Of a stretch of DNA of 64,000 nt, positions 9,084 to 18,243 are shown piece by piece. Both the position numbers and the translations under genes were made by a program. The notes beneath the pieces were generated by a model. That model ran no database searches. It was given only the letters and a program-made list of their open reading frames with translations, and was not told the DNA's origin. How positions within the stretch are numbered: position 1 is the stretch's first letter; the number at the start of each line of letters is the position of its first letter. This DNA comes from Calditrichales bacterium (GTDB lineage Bacteria > Calditrichota > Calditrichia > Calditrichales > J004), in NCBI GenBank assembly GCA_965267575.1, contig OZ254086.1, forward strand, positions 512,001 to 576,000. Direction: 5' to 3'.

Positions 9084-9566
9084 TTAGTCACGGTAGTTTT
9101 CGAATTGCAGGGGTATGTCCAGGTTAGCGCCTTTAAGCATTTGGATTACTTCCTGCAGGTCGTCGCGTTTTTTGCCGCTTACACGCACCTTATCACCCTG
9201 GATGGAAGCCTGAACCTTCATTTTCGTATCACGGATCATCTTGCTGATCTTTTTGCCCGTTTCGGTTTCGATGCCCTGCTGCAGGGTAAGCTCCTGGCGC
9301 GCGCCTTTGCCCGATTCATGGATTGGGCCGGGCTTGATGAACTTCAGGTCCACATTGCGTTTGCTCAGCTTGGAACGCAGGATGTCCAGCATTTGCTTCA
9401 CCTGGAATTCACTGTCGGCCTGCAAATTGATGACACCATCGGCGATGCTGTATTCGGCGTTACTGCCTTTGAAATCAAAGCGGGTGGTCACTTCCCTGTT
9501 GGCCTGGTCCACGGCGTTGCTTACTTCGTGCATGTTCGGTTCGGAAGCGATGTCAAACGACGGCAT
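9084..9566 (-). CDS. yajQ: YajQ-family nucleotide/c-di-GMP-binding protein
   Basis: Starts MPSFDIASE after RBS GGAGG; NAVDQANREVTTRFDFKGS, QIEGD-like SIQGDKVRVSGKKRDDLQ, ends LQFENYRD. Confidence 0.95.
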   Translation of the reverse strand: MPSFDIASEPNMHEVSNAVDQANREVTTRFDFKGSNAEYSIADGVINLQADSEFQVKQMLDILRSKLSKRNVDLKFIKPGPIHESGKGARQELTLQQGIETETGKKISKMIRDTKMKVQASIQGDKVRVSGKKRDDLQEVIQMLKGANLDIPLQFENYRD

Positions 9567-9757
9567 TGTTATCCTCCTTTTTTGCGATCTTTTCAGCAAA
9601 ATTAAAGCAGAGGCCGCACATGTACAAATCATGCACACTTAGTAATGTAACAATCCGACAATACTTTTGGCTATTTAGCCCTGTTTGACATTTATCAAGG
9701 TTTGGCATGTAAGTTGATGCTAAGGAGAGCCAAAAATTGCACAATGAGGGAGCAGGT

Positions 9758-10180
9758 ATGATCCGTATGCTGGCAGCCGTGCTGACCATGTTTTGCTTTG
9801 TGGCAGCACAGTTTGCAACAGAAACGGAAAGGGTTGAGGCCACCGCAGATACAATCCGGATTGAAGACAGGCGTATATTCGCTTTTAAAAGCGCTGATTT
9901 CCGGGCCAGCTATATGGGGTTCGCCAACGTCCACGAGGAGATGCAGCTTATTTCGTTTAGAATTTTGACAACGGAGGTAGTTAACGATACGCTGACTTTT
10001 AGTTATGCGATGACCATGAACAGCGACCATTCGCAGGGTACGGGAAAAATCATTTTTGATGATGCCCGTATTGAGATTCCGCGTTTGCCCGAAGGGCGCG
10101 TTTCCCTGCCCGATGGCGGCAAAATAATTTTTGAATCCGTAGACAATACAAACCAATACTGGAAATTAAAGGAGATGTGA
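9758..10180 (+). CDS. Hypothetical exported protein
   Basis: ATG after GGAG; hydrophobic signal-like N-terminus; 1 bp from the next gene. Confidence 0.6.
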   Translation: MIRMLAAVLTMFCFVAAQFATETERVEATADTIRIEDRRIFAFKSADFRASYMGFANVHEEMQLISFRILTTEVVNDTLTFSYAMTMNSDHSQGTGKIIFDDARIEIPRLPEGRVSLPDGGKIIFESVDNTNQYWKLKEM

Positions 10181-10181
10181 G

Positions 10182-11045
10182 ATGAAGTTATTCATATTTA
10201 TTTTTGCGGGCATGCTTGTCCTGTCGTCCTGCAATCAGCAGAAAATGACGGAGATGCAGCAGGAGATTGATCAGCTTAAAACGCAAAACGATGTATTGCA
10301 GCAGCAAAGCGCCAGCAAAGATACGTTTTTGCAGGATTACACTACTACGCTGAACGATGTGTACGAAAACCTGGAAAACATTCGCAAGCGCGAAGGCCTG
10401 ATCACCCAATATTCCAAAACAATGGAAGAGGGCCAGGAAAACGACATTCGCAACAAGGTGCTTGATAACCTGAACAGCATCGACAGCTACATTATGAGCA
10501 GCAAAAAGAAGCTTAGCGCCCTGCGCCAAAAAGCCAGCCAGGCCGAAATGCAGAGCACCGCTTTTGAAGAAACCATCATGAAGCTGACCAACGAGCTGCA
10601 GGAAAAGGAGTTGTTCATAGCTCAATTACGTACGCAGGTAGATTCGCTGAACCAAGATCTGGATGAAGCCCTTTACGCGCTGCAGGAACGTGATGTACTG
10701 ATCGACGAGCAAACTGAGCGTCTGCATACGGCCTACTACATCATAGGTAACGACGAAGAGCTGGAGCAGAGCGAAGTGATCACCTATGAAGGCGGTATCC
10801 TGGGCTTGGGTAAAACCGCTGTTGTATCACCCAGGCTGAAAGAGGAGATGTTTACCGTTGCTGACATCACCATGATGGATAGCATCGAAATTGACGCCGC
10901 CCGTGAAGATGTGCGCCTGGTAAGCACCCACGCGCCGGGCACCTACGAGCTGGTTCAGAAAGATGAGCAGAAAAGCGTATTAAAGATCACCAATCCGGAC
11001 AGGTTCTGGAAAATGCGCTACCTGGTCATCGCTACCAAAAGCTAA
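10182..11045 (+). CDS. Coiled-coil lipoprotein (Cbp1-like adhesin family)
   Basis: Lipobox LSSC; long heptad coiled coil; C-terminal AYYIIG...GGILGLG...STH..GTYEL...LKITNPDRFW. Confidence 0.7.
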   Translation: MKLFIFIFAGMLVLSSCNQQKMTEMQQEIDQLKTQNDVLQQQSASKDTFLQDYTTTLNDVYENLENIRKREGLITQYSKTMEEGQENDIRNKVLDNLNSIDSYIMSSKKKLSALRQKASQAEMQSTAFEETIMKLTNELQEKELFIAQLRTQVDSLNQDLDEALYALQERDVLIDEQTERLHTAYYIIGNDEELEQSEVITYEGGILGLGKTAVVSPRLKEEMFTVADITMMDSIEIDAAREDVRLVSTHAPGTYELVQKDEQKSVLKITNPDRFWKMRYLVIATKS

Positions 11046-11064
11046 GACCTCCATAGCCCCAAAA

Positions 11065-11098
11065 GAAAAAGGCGGGAAGAGCTTCCCGCCTTTTTTTA
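11065..11098. terminator. Bidirectional intrinsic terminator
   Basis: aaaaaggcgggaa-gagc-ttcccgcctttttt between convergent genes. Confidence 0.85.
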
Positions 11099-11181
11099 TT
11101 ATTAAGCCATTTGTGGGCTTGGAAACGGTTGGTTTAATGCAATTCAGGAAATTTAGAAACCGATTTGCCTGCAGATTGACA

Positions 11182-12075
11182 TTATTTGATTAAGAGCATC
11201 TTTTCTGAAAGTCTTTGTATTCCATTTGATAAAACATAATAATAGACACCGCTGCTAACTTCCTCTCCGGCTTGATTGGTACCGCGCCAAATCAGCGCAT
11301 GGTGACCTAAATTGTAGTGCCTTTTTCCAAAACTAAAGACTTCCCTTCCGATAACATCAAAAACAGCAACTTCTACTTCCTGAGGCTTTTGCACGCTAAA
11401 TTTTATTTTTGTACTACTATTAAAAGGATTGGGGCTGTTTTGATACAATGCTATGCCAGATGGAACAGACTTAGAGTTCATGCTAATAGATGTTACAAAG
11501 GTGGTATCGCCAAATAGCTGACTATCGATATAAGCGCCTCTCAATGTTTCATATCCTCCAGCTTCGTAGTACTGTTCATAGATACCTAAATTCTCAACAA
11601 GCCAAATTCCGTGAGCCACTAAACCAATCTTATTGTAAATAATGTTTTTTTGATCATTTTCATTAAATACATCGCTTACTTCCCAATAGCCGCCCCATGG
11701 ATCTTCAGGATCAGGAAAAGTGTCACCTTCAGCAACGTCAAGTTTTAGAAAAAAGCGCTCTTTTTCTTCGTAGAGACTTTTACTGTATACATCACTGCTC
11801 AAGCTATCGATTCTCCAAAATATGCTGTCTTCATCATACATATCATAAAAGATTTGCTTACGCTCAATAGTAAAATAATATCTATTGTTAATTATTGTAT
11901 CACTTATAACCTTTTTATATTCAGTTGCCACTAAAACTCCGCCGGAGCTGCGCTCTTCATAGACCCATAAGTCTCCTTGATTAAGTGGGAACATTTTTTC
12001 CCATTCATTGCTCTGAGCCCATGCGCTTTTTAATAGGCCAACTATGCACAGTAAACATGCAAACAGTCTTAACAT
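11182..12075 (-). CDS. AT-rich secreted protein with a C-terminal FlgD-Ig/Por-type sorting domain
   Basis: Signal peptide (AWA-Q); C-terminus LYQNSPNPFNSSTKIKF...FDVIGREV...WRGTNQAGEEVSSGVYYY...KMLLIK; visibly lower GC than flanks. Confidence 0.8.
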   Translation of the reverse strand: MLRLFACLLCIVGLLKSAWAQSNEWEKMFPLNQGDLWVYEERSSGGVLVATEYKKVISDTIINNRYYFTIERKQIFYDMYDEDSIFWRIDSLSSDVYSKSLYEEKERFFLKLDVAEGDTFPDPEDPWGGYWEVSDVFNENDQKNIIYNKIGLVAHGIWLVENLGIYEQYYEAGGYETLRGAYIDSQLFGDTTFVTSISMNSKSVPSGIALYQNSPNPFNSSTKIKFSVQKPQEVEVAVFDVIGREVFSFGKRHYNLGHHALIWRGTNQAGEEVSSGVYYYVLSNGIQRLSEKMLLIK

Positions 12076-12118
12076 GATGCTTTTGCTAGAAACTTTTAGC
12101 TTTTATTCAAATAATTGC

Positions 12119-12154
12119 AAAAAAAAACGGAGACGATTCCCATCTGTGTCTCGT
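12119..12154 (-). terminator. Possible intrinsic terminator upstream of the AT-rich secreted-protein gene
   Basis: Minus strand acgagac...gtctccgt followed by T9. Confidence 0.4.
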
Positions 12155-12227
12155 TAATCCCAATTCGGGTTTTCACAGCAAAACGAAGCCACAGGTTCTA
12201 TCTTAAACCACTATCATTCACGAGAGT

Positions 12228-12290
12228 AGATCCCGGTGCGGCAAAACACAGCCGACCCCGATAAAAAATATCTGGACAGGCCGGGATGCC
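12228..12290 (-). repeat. Interrupted REP-like palindrome (AGATCCCGGTGCGGC...GCCGACC...CCGGGATG)
   Basis: First 15 nt are identical to 9003-9017. Confidence 0.6.
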
Positions 12291-12316
12291 AGATGATGCA
12301 GGGTGCCTCTTTCTTT

Positions 12317-12349
12317 CATTCGTAATTCGTAATTCCCAAATTCGTAATT
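12317..12349. repeat. 33-bp heptamer (TTCGTAA) repeat block, copy 1
   Basis: cattcgtaattcgtaattcccaaattcgtaatt; one mismatch to 12692-12724. Confidence 0.85.
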
Positions 12350-12360
12350 AAAGAATCCGG

Positions 12361-12558
12361 TTATCCTTTAAAGCGGGCGGCGTCTATTATGGACCAGATG
12401 TGGATGATCCAGCCCATGAAGATAAACCACAGCGCCCCCGCAGCCAGAAACATGATCAGGCCAATCAGAAAGCGCCCCTGCAGCCACTGGCCCAATCCGG
12501 GTATAAAAAAGCTGGCCAGCGCCGCGATTACATTGCCTGTTGATCCACGTCCCGCCAT
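12361..12558 (-). CDS. Small membrane protein (65 aa; SFFIPGLGQ motif, TM2-like)
   Basis: RBS AAGGAG; AALASFFIPGLGQWLQGR...WSIIDA pattern of small conserved membrane proteins. Confidence 0.8.
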   Translation of the reverse strand: MAGRGSTGNVIAALASFFIPGLGQWLQGRFLIGLIMFLAAGALWFIFMGWIIHIWSIIDAARFKG

Positions 12559-12628
12559 AGTGCAGCTCCTTCTTTTTCTTTGTTTAACGTTTTCCCGTTT
12601 CCGGGGGCAATTAATTTGTTAAGAACAG

Positions 12629-12652
12629 AGAGACGCAAAATTTTGCGTCTCT
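12629..12652. repeat. Perfect 24-bp palindrome AGAGACGCAAAATTTTGCGTCTCT (REP-like)
   Basis: Self-complementary over all 24 nt. Confidence 0.8.
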
Positions 12653-12661
12653 ACATTCGTT

Positions 12662-12724
12662 GTCACCCCGGCCACTGCACCGGGTCTCTTCCATTCGTAA
12701 TTCGTAATTCCCCAATTCGTAATT
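12662..12724. repeat. GTCACCCCGG...CCGGGTCTCT palindrome plus 33-bp heptamer block, copy 2
   Basis: gtcaccccggccactgcaccgggtctct then cattcgtaattcgtaattccccaattcgtaatt, ending 2 bp from the gcvP stop. Confidence 0.8.
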
Positions 12725-12726
12725 GA

Positions 12727-15618
12727 TTACTCGTATTCTTCCATCGGGGGGCAGGCGCAAACCAGGTTGCGGTCGCCGTAGGTGTTATCCACACGGGCCA
12801 CCGCCGGCCAGAATTTATTAAAGCGGATATAATCGGCCGGGAAGGCAGCCTGTTCGCGGCTGTATGCGTGGTCCCAATTATCCGACGTTACCTCTTCGGC
12901 GGTATGCGGCGCGTTTTTCAGCACATTGTCTTCCTTATCCGCCTTGCCCGCGGCGATTTCCTGCATCTCATTATAGATATGAATTAAGGCGTTGCAGAAG
13001 CGATCCAGCTCTTCGCGCGATTCACTTTCTGTGGGCTCGATCATCATCGTGCCGGGTACGGGCCAGGAAACGGTAGGCGCGTGGAAGCCGTAATCCATCA
13101 GCCGCTTGGCGATATCCTCCACCTCCACCCCGGCTTCCTTGCGGAAACGGCGCAGGTCAATGATCATCTCATGCCCCACGTGTCCGTTCCTGCCGGCATA
13201 CAGCACATCGTAGTGGCCCTTCAGCCTTTCCTTAATATAATTGGCGTTTATGATGGCCTGTTCGGTCGCGGCACGCATACCGTCACCCCCCAGCATCAGC
13301 ATGTAGGCGTAGGAGATCAGCAGGATGCTGCTGCTGCCAAAAGGCGTAGCGGAAATGGCACTGATCGCCTTTTCGCCCCCGGTTTTTATAACCGGGTGTC
13401 CCGGCAGGAATGGCGCCAGGTGCTTGGCCACGGCGATCGGTCCCATGCCGGGTCCGCCTCCGCCATGCGGTATGCTGAATGTTTTATGCAGATTGAGGTG
13501 GCAGACGTCCGCGCCGATCACGCCCGGGCTGGTCAAACCAACCTGCGCGTTCATGTTGGCGCCATCCATATAAACTTGCCCGCCGTGTGTATGGATAATG
13601 TCGCAGATCTCGCGAATATCCTCTTCAAACACACCGTGCGTGGAAGGATAGGTGATCATCAGCGCTGCCAGGTTTTCCATGTGTTTTTCTGCCTTGGCCT
13701 TCAAATCGGTTACATCAACGTTGCCATTCTCGTCGCATTTCACGCTTACGATCTGCATGCCGGCCATATTGGCGCTGGCCGGGTTGGTGCCGTGCGCGGA
13801 AGTGGGCACCAGCGTGATGTTGCGCTGCGTTTCGCCGCGGTCTTCAAAGTAGGCGCGGATTACCATAAGCCCGGCATATTCGCCCTGCGCGCCGGAATTA
13901 GGCTGCAACGAAACGTCATCCAGACCGGTAATTTCACGGATAATGCGGCGCATATCATCTATCACCTCGGTGTAGCCGGCGGCCTGGCTCTGCGGTATAA
14001 AGGGATGCAACTGCCCGAATTCCGGCCAGCTTATCGGCAGCATCGCCGTGGCGGGATTCAGCTTCATCGTGCAGGAACCCAGCGGTATCATCGATGTGGT
14101 CAGCGAAAGGTCGCGGCTCTCCAGGCTCTTTATGTAGCGCATCATCTGCGTTTCCGAGCGGTGCATGTGAAAAACGGGATGTGTAAGGTATTCAGACGAG
14201 CGCTGCAGATCGTGCGGCCAGCTTAGTTCAACATCTTTTTCAAATTCAGCATCGTCAACCTGTGGCGCAGTGGCAGACGCCGCTTCGGCAAAAACGGCAA
14301 TCAAATCGCGCATGTCATTAAAGGAGACTGTTTCATCCAGTGACACGGTCAGATGCGTTTCATCCACGGTGCACAGGTTAATTTTATTGTCCGCGGCGAT
14401 CTTGTGAACCTTTGAGATCACCAGCGGCTTTGCTTTGATATTGAGTGTATCAAAATAGTTATCATTAAGCTGCTCATAGCCCATTTCCTTAAGGGCCTTT
14501 TCCAGGATGACCGTGTACTGGTGTACGCGCGCGGCAATACGCTTCAGGCCGTCCGGGCCGTGGTAAACACCATACATGGAAGCCATAATCGCCAGCAACG
14601 ATTGCGCTGTGCAGATGTTGGACGTGGCCCGCGCCCCGCGGATATGCTGCTCGCGTGTCTGCAGCGCCATGCGGTAGCCGTTGTTGCCCAGCCTGTCTTT
14701 GGAAACACCGATAATGCGTCCCGGCACTTGGCGCACAAAATCCTCGCGGGTGGCAAAAAATCCGGCATGGGGACCGCCGTATCCCGGTGGCACGCCAAAA
14801 CGCTGCGAGCTGCCAACCACAACGTCGGCGTCCCACTCGCCCGGAGGCGTAAGCAGGGTCAGCGCCAGCAGATCGGCCGCAAGGGCAACGCGCGCTTCGC
14901 TCTTGTGTGCTTCTTTGATCAGATCCGCATAATTCTCAATGCGCCCGTCGCGGCAGGGGTATTGCACCATGGCGCCAAATACATCATCAGAAAACGAAAA
15001 TTCCTTGTGCGGCATAACTTCAAGCTTAATGCCCAGCGGCACGGCGCGGGTTTTTAAAACAGCCAGTGTTTGCGGAAACAGATCTTCCGAAGCCAGGAAA
15101 ATGAGCGCGTCGTTTTTAACCTGCTCGCTGGAGCGCAGGCGGTAAAGCATGGTCATTGCTTCGGCGGCGGCTGTGGCCTCATCCAGCAGCGAAGCATTGG
15201 CCACTTCCATGCCGGCCAGATCGATCACCATCGTCTGGTAATTGAGCAATGCTTCCAGCCGGCCCTGTGCTATTTCCGCCTGGTAGGGTGTGTACTGCGT
15301 GTACCAGCCGGGATTCTCAAGTATGTTTCTGAGGATAACGCTGGGCGTGATGGTATTGTAGTAGCCCAGCCCGATATACGATCGGAAAAGCTTGTTTTTA
15401 GCGGCGATTTCCCGCGCCTTTTTAAGAAATTCAAATTCAGTGATGCCCGGCTCCAGATCCAGTTCTTTTTTTAGCCTGATACCCGCCGGCACGGTCTCGT
15501 CGATAAGCTTTTCCATGGAAGACACACCGATCGCCTGCAGCATTTCGCGGCGCGTTGCCAGGTTGGGGCCCAGGTGCCTTTTCAGGTATTCATGATGTTC
15601 GGCAATATTGATGGCCAT
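12727..15618 (-). CDS. gcvP: Glycine dehydrogenase (decarboxylating), single-chain P protein
   Basis: YTQYTPYQAEIAQGRLEAL, ATSNICTAQ, MIPLGSCTMKLN, PLP lysine HLNLHKTF, DNTYGDRNLVCAC. Confidence 0.98.
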   Translation of the reverse strand: MAINIAEHHEYLKRHLGPNLATRREMLQAIGVSSMEKLIDETVPAGIRLKKELDLEPGITEFEFLKKAREIAAKNKLFRSYIGLGYYNTITPSVILRNILENPGWYTQYTPYQAEIAQGRLEALLNYQTMVIDLAGMEVANASLLDEATAAAEAMTMLYRLRSSEQVKNDALIFLASEDLFPQTLAVLKTRAVPLGIKLEVMPHKEFSFSDDVFGAMVQYPCRDGRIENYADLIKEAHKSEARVALAADLLALTLLTPPGEWDADVVVGSSQRFGVPPGYGGPHAGFFATREDFVRQVPGRIIGVSKDRLGNNGYRMALQTREQHIRGARATSNICTAQSLLAIMASMYGVYHGPDGLKRIAARVHQYTVILEKALKEMGYEQLNDNYFDTLNIKAKPLVISKVHKIAADNKINLCTVDETHLTVSLDETVSFNDMRDLIAVFAEAASATAPQVDDAEFEKDVELSWPHDLQRSSEYLTHPVFHMHRSETQMMRYIKSLESRDLSLTTSMIPLGSCTMKLNPATAMLPISWPEFGQLHPFIPQSQAAGYTEVIDDMRRIIREITGLDDVSLQPNSGAQGEYAGLMVIRAYFEDRGETQRNITLVPTSAHGTNPASANMAGMQIVSVKCDENGNVDVTDLKAKAEKHMENLAALMITYPSTHGVFEEDIREICDIIHTHGGQVYMDGANMNAQVGLTSPGVIGADVCHLNLHKTFSIPHGGGGPGMGPIAVAKHLAPFLPGHPVIKTGGEKAISAISATPFGSSSILLISYAYMLMLGGDGMRAATEQAIINANYIKERLKGHYDVLYAGRNGHVGHEMIIDLRRFRKEAGVEVEDIAKRLMDYGFHAPTVSWPVPGTMMIEPTESESREELDRFCNALIHIYNEMQEIAAGKADKEDNVLKNAPHTAEEVTSDNWDHAYSREQAAFPADYIRFNKFWPAVARVDNTYGDRNLVCACPPMEEYE

Positions 15619-15880
15619 TACGATAGTCCCTTCGTTTTTTAGCGCTTACATTTTTGCTGTATAAAACACTATCTAATTTAACACGATCAACATTCTTTAG
15701 AAACTCCCGCACAAAATTCCCGCGCTTTTTTCTGTGCTTTGAATTCGTGTAAATCACATTATAACGTTTATAAAAATAAAATATTTTGAAGTTGGACAAT
15801 CGGCCTGTATTTTTGCGACTATTCCTTTTGACTGCTTGGCGTATGGCAGGGAGCTTCCAAATTTAACCTGGCAATTACCC

Positions 15881-18211
15881 ATGTTTAAACCTATTGCTAA
15901 TCCGTACATCGTCGGTAACCCCATAAAAACGCAGGACATGTTTTATGGCCGTGAGGATGATTTTGAATTCATCCGGCGCAAGCTTGAGAGCGGCGGCAAA
16001 AGCTACATTATCGTTTTATGCGGAGAACGCCGGAGCGGCAAGACCTCCATTTTATTTCAAATTCTGAGCGGCCGTCTTGGTGATAATTTTGTACCGATCC
16101 TGATTGACATGCAGACCATGGCCGGGCTGAAGAACGAAATGGAGTTTTTCGAAAAGTTCGCCCAGGAAACCGCCAAATGCCTGAAAAGTGACAGCGGCGT
16201 TAATTCCGATATTTTCAGCACGTCCGAAGACAGCTCCTACAAAACATTCTCCGGATTCCTGGAGGACATTCACAAAGCCTACCCCGGCAAGCATATTCTT
16301 TTTCTGATCGATGAATACGAGATTATTGAGGCCAAAATCGAGGAAGGCAGCCTCAGCGAAAACTTTATCCCCTACCTGGCCGGCATTCTCGAAAGCGAAA
16401 AGCTAGTCTCGTTTATCTTTACCGGCTCCAGCCGGCTGGAAGACCGTAAAGTCAGTATCTGGCACATCCTGTTTGGCAAATCGCTGTTCCGCAATGTGAG
16501 CTTTCTGACGCGGCCCGATACGCTGCGCCTGATCACGGAGCCGGTTGAAGGCCAGATTACTTATGACGCGGAAGTGCTGAATACGATTTACCGTATTACA
16601 TCCGGGCAGCCTTTTTACACGCAGGTGGTTTGCCAGAATATTGTTGATTACGTCAACCAGCAGCGCAAAACCCATATCCAGTTGGAAGACCTGGAAGTGA
16701 TCGTCAACGAAATACTGGACAACCCGCTGCCGCAGATGATCTATTTCTGGAACAGCCTGAGCGACGACCGCAAACTGGTTTTATCGCTGCTGGCTGAGAT
16801 CCTGGAAACGCAGGACTCCTATATCACCGCGGAAGAGATCATCAAAGAATCCAAACGCCGCAAGTTTGGATTGGAACTGACCCTAAAGGCGATCAACACT
16901 ACGCTTGAGACGCTGTATCATAACAAACATGTTTCCAAGGGCCAGCACGGCTACAATTTCCAGATGGACCTTTTCCGGCGCTGGATTAAACGCGACCATG
17001 CCATCTGGAGGGTGATGAAGGAGGTCAGCAGCCTGGGCCAGGCATCGTCTGTAGTGAGTCAGGTTTATGAACCGGGCGCAGAAAAGCCGGCAGGCGGCGG
17101 GGCTAAAAAAATATTAATGATTGTATTGCCGCTGCTGCTCGTAGCGGTGGTTGCCGGCTGGTGGCTGATGCAGCCGGGAGACGACGCACAAAGCGAGCCT
17201 ATTGGCCAGGCCGGCGAAACAGAAGAAATGAGCGCTTCAAATGATATGGATGCTCAACAGCAAGCGGAAACACCACCGCCACCACAAGAAACACAGCAAC
17301 AGGAAGCTGAACAACAGCCCGAAGCCCAAAAGAAACCGCTGGCCACAGAAGCATCCGAAGTGAAACGTCCGGCAGAGCGGCAGCGCCAGACGGCACGCAA
17401 TACGCAGCAGGAAGCACAGGCACGTCGCGACGCCCAGGCCCGTGAGGACGCGGTTTCTGCCAGGCAGGCCGCCCAGGATGCACGCACTAAGGCACAACAG
17501 GCCGGAGCCGACCAAAACGCAGCGGATGTGTTTGGACAAGCCCAAAGCCGCGAACGTCAGGGAGACGCCGCGCTCGGTTCGGCCCAATACGAATCGGCCA
17601 TAAGCCAGTACAATGATGCAGCCCGATTGTATAACCAGGCTGTTAGCGGCGCCGCCCAGGCGCTTAACGATCTGCGCGCGCAGGCCGATCAGCTCAAACA
17701 ACAGGTCAGCTCGGCCAAATCCGACGCCAGCGCCGACTACAACAACATCCCGGTATTCCGCCAGGCTTTAAAAGATGAGGCAAGCGCAGACAGGCAGTTG
17801 GAAAGCGGCAATCCGCAGGAGGCCATAAACAGCTACCGCTCGGCTTTACAGAGCCACGAGCAGGCCCGCTCCGAATACGCCGCCAAACGTCTTGGCATCA
17901 CCAAAGCGATCACTGCCTACCTTAACGCCATTGAAGAAGAGAGCATTACCAAGATGAGAAACAATCATGCCAACTTTAATGAGAGCCTGGAGAGCGACTG
18001 GCAGCGATTGTTTGATTTTGCTAACAACATCCGTGTCGGCCGCACAATACAGTCTATAAAACTGCAGGCAGAAGACGCCGCCAGCGCCACCGTGGAGGTG
18101 GACCTCCTTTTTGACGGCGCTGACCGTAACCAATCCAAAAATATCTGGAAGATGGAGCTCAACGAACAGGGCTCACGCTGGGTTATCAGCAATATTTCTG
18201 AAAATCGCTGA
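15881..18211 (+). CDS. Membrane-anchored STAND-like P-loop ATPase: cytoplasmic ATPase-wHTH, one TM helix, periplasmic linker, helical repeats and an NTF2-like C-terminal domain
   Basis: NPYIVGNP..FYGRE, Walker A GERRSGKTS, Walker B FLIDEYE, FIFTGS, GxP motif SGQPFY; TM ILMIVLPLLLVAVVAGWWLM; Q/E/P-rich linker. ATG at 15881 preferred over the TTG at 15836. Confidence 0.8.
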   Translation: MFKPIANPYIVGNPIKTQDMFYGREDDFEFIRRKLESGGKSYIIVLCGERRSGKTSILFQILSGRLGDNFVPILIDMQTMAGLKNEMEFFEKFAQETAKCLKSDSGVNSDIFSTSEDSSYKTFSGFLEDIHKAYPGKHILFLIDEYEIIEAKIEEGSLSENFIPYLAGILESEKLVSFIFTGSSRLEDRKVSIWHILFGKSLFRNVSFLTRPDTLRLITEPVEGQITYDAEVLNTIYRITSGQPFYTQVVCQNIVDYVNQQRKTHIQLEDLEVIVNEILDNPLPQMIYFWNSLSDDRKLVLSLLAEILETQDSYITAEEIIKESKRRKFGLELTLKAINTTLETLYHNKHVSKGQHGYNFQMDLFRRWIKRDHAIWRVMKEVSSLGQASSVVSQVYEPGAEKPAGGGAKKILMIVLPLLLVAVVAGWWLMQPGDDAQSEPIGQAGETEEMSASNDMDAQQQAETPPPPQETQQQEAEQQPEAQKKPLATEASEVKRPAERQRQTARNTQQEAQARRDAQAREDAVSARQAAQDARTKAQQAGADQNAADVFGQAQSRERQGDAALGSAQYESAISQYNDAARLYNQAVSGAAQALNDLRAQADQLKQQVSSAKSDASADYNNIPVFRQALKDEASADRQLESGNPQEAINSYRSALQSHEQARSEYAAKRLGITKAITAYLNAIEEESITKMRNNHANFNESLESDWQRLFDFANNIRVGRTIQSIKLQAEDAASATVEVDLLFDGADRNQSKNIWKMELNEQGSRWVISNISENR

Positions 18212-18243
18212 ACATAATAAATCCAAATTAGGGGGAGGTTTTT

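Noticed and set aside
9702-9718. Sigma-54 promoter (TGGCATGTAAGTTGA)
   Set aside because: The -12 element is GA rather than the near-invariant GC.
12317-12724. 33-bp repeats as a CRISPR array
   Set aside because: Only two copies, 342 bp apart, internally tandem, enclosing a gene; no cas genes.
13081-14226. 381-aa plus-strand ORF
   Set aside because: Antisense to gcvP; expected from codon bias.
15619-15880. Glycine riboswitch upstream of gcvP
   Set aside because: AT-rich divergent promoter region with no recognisable aptamer motifs.
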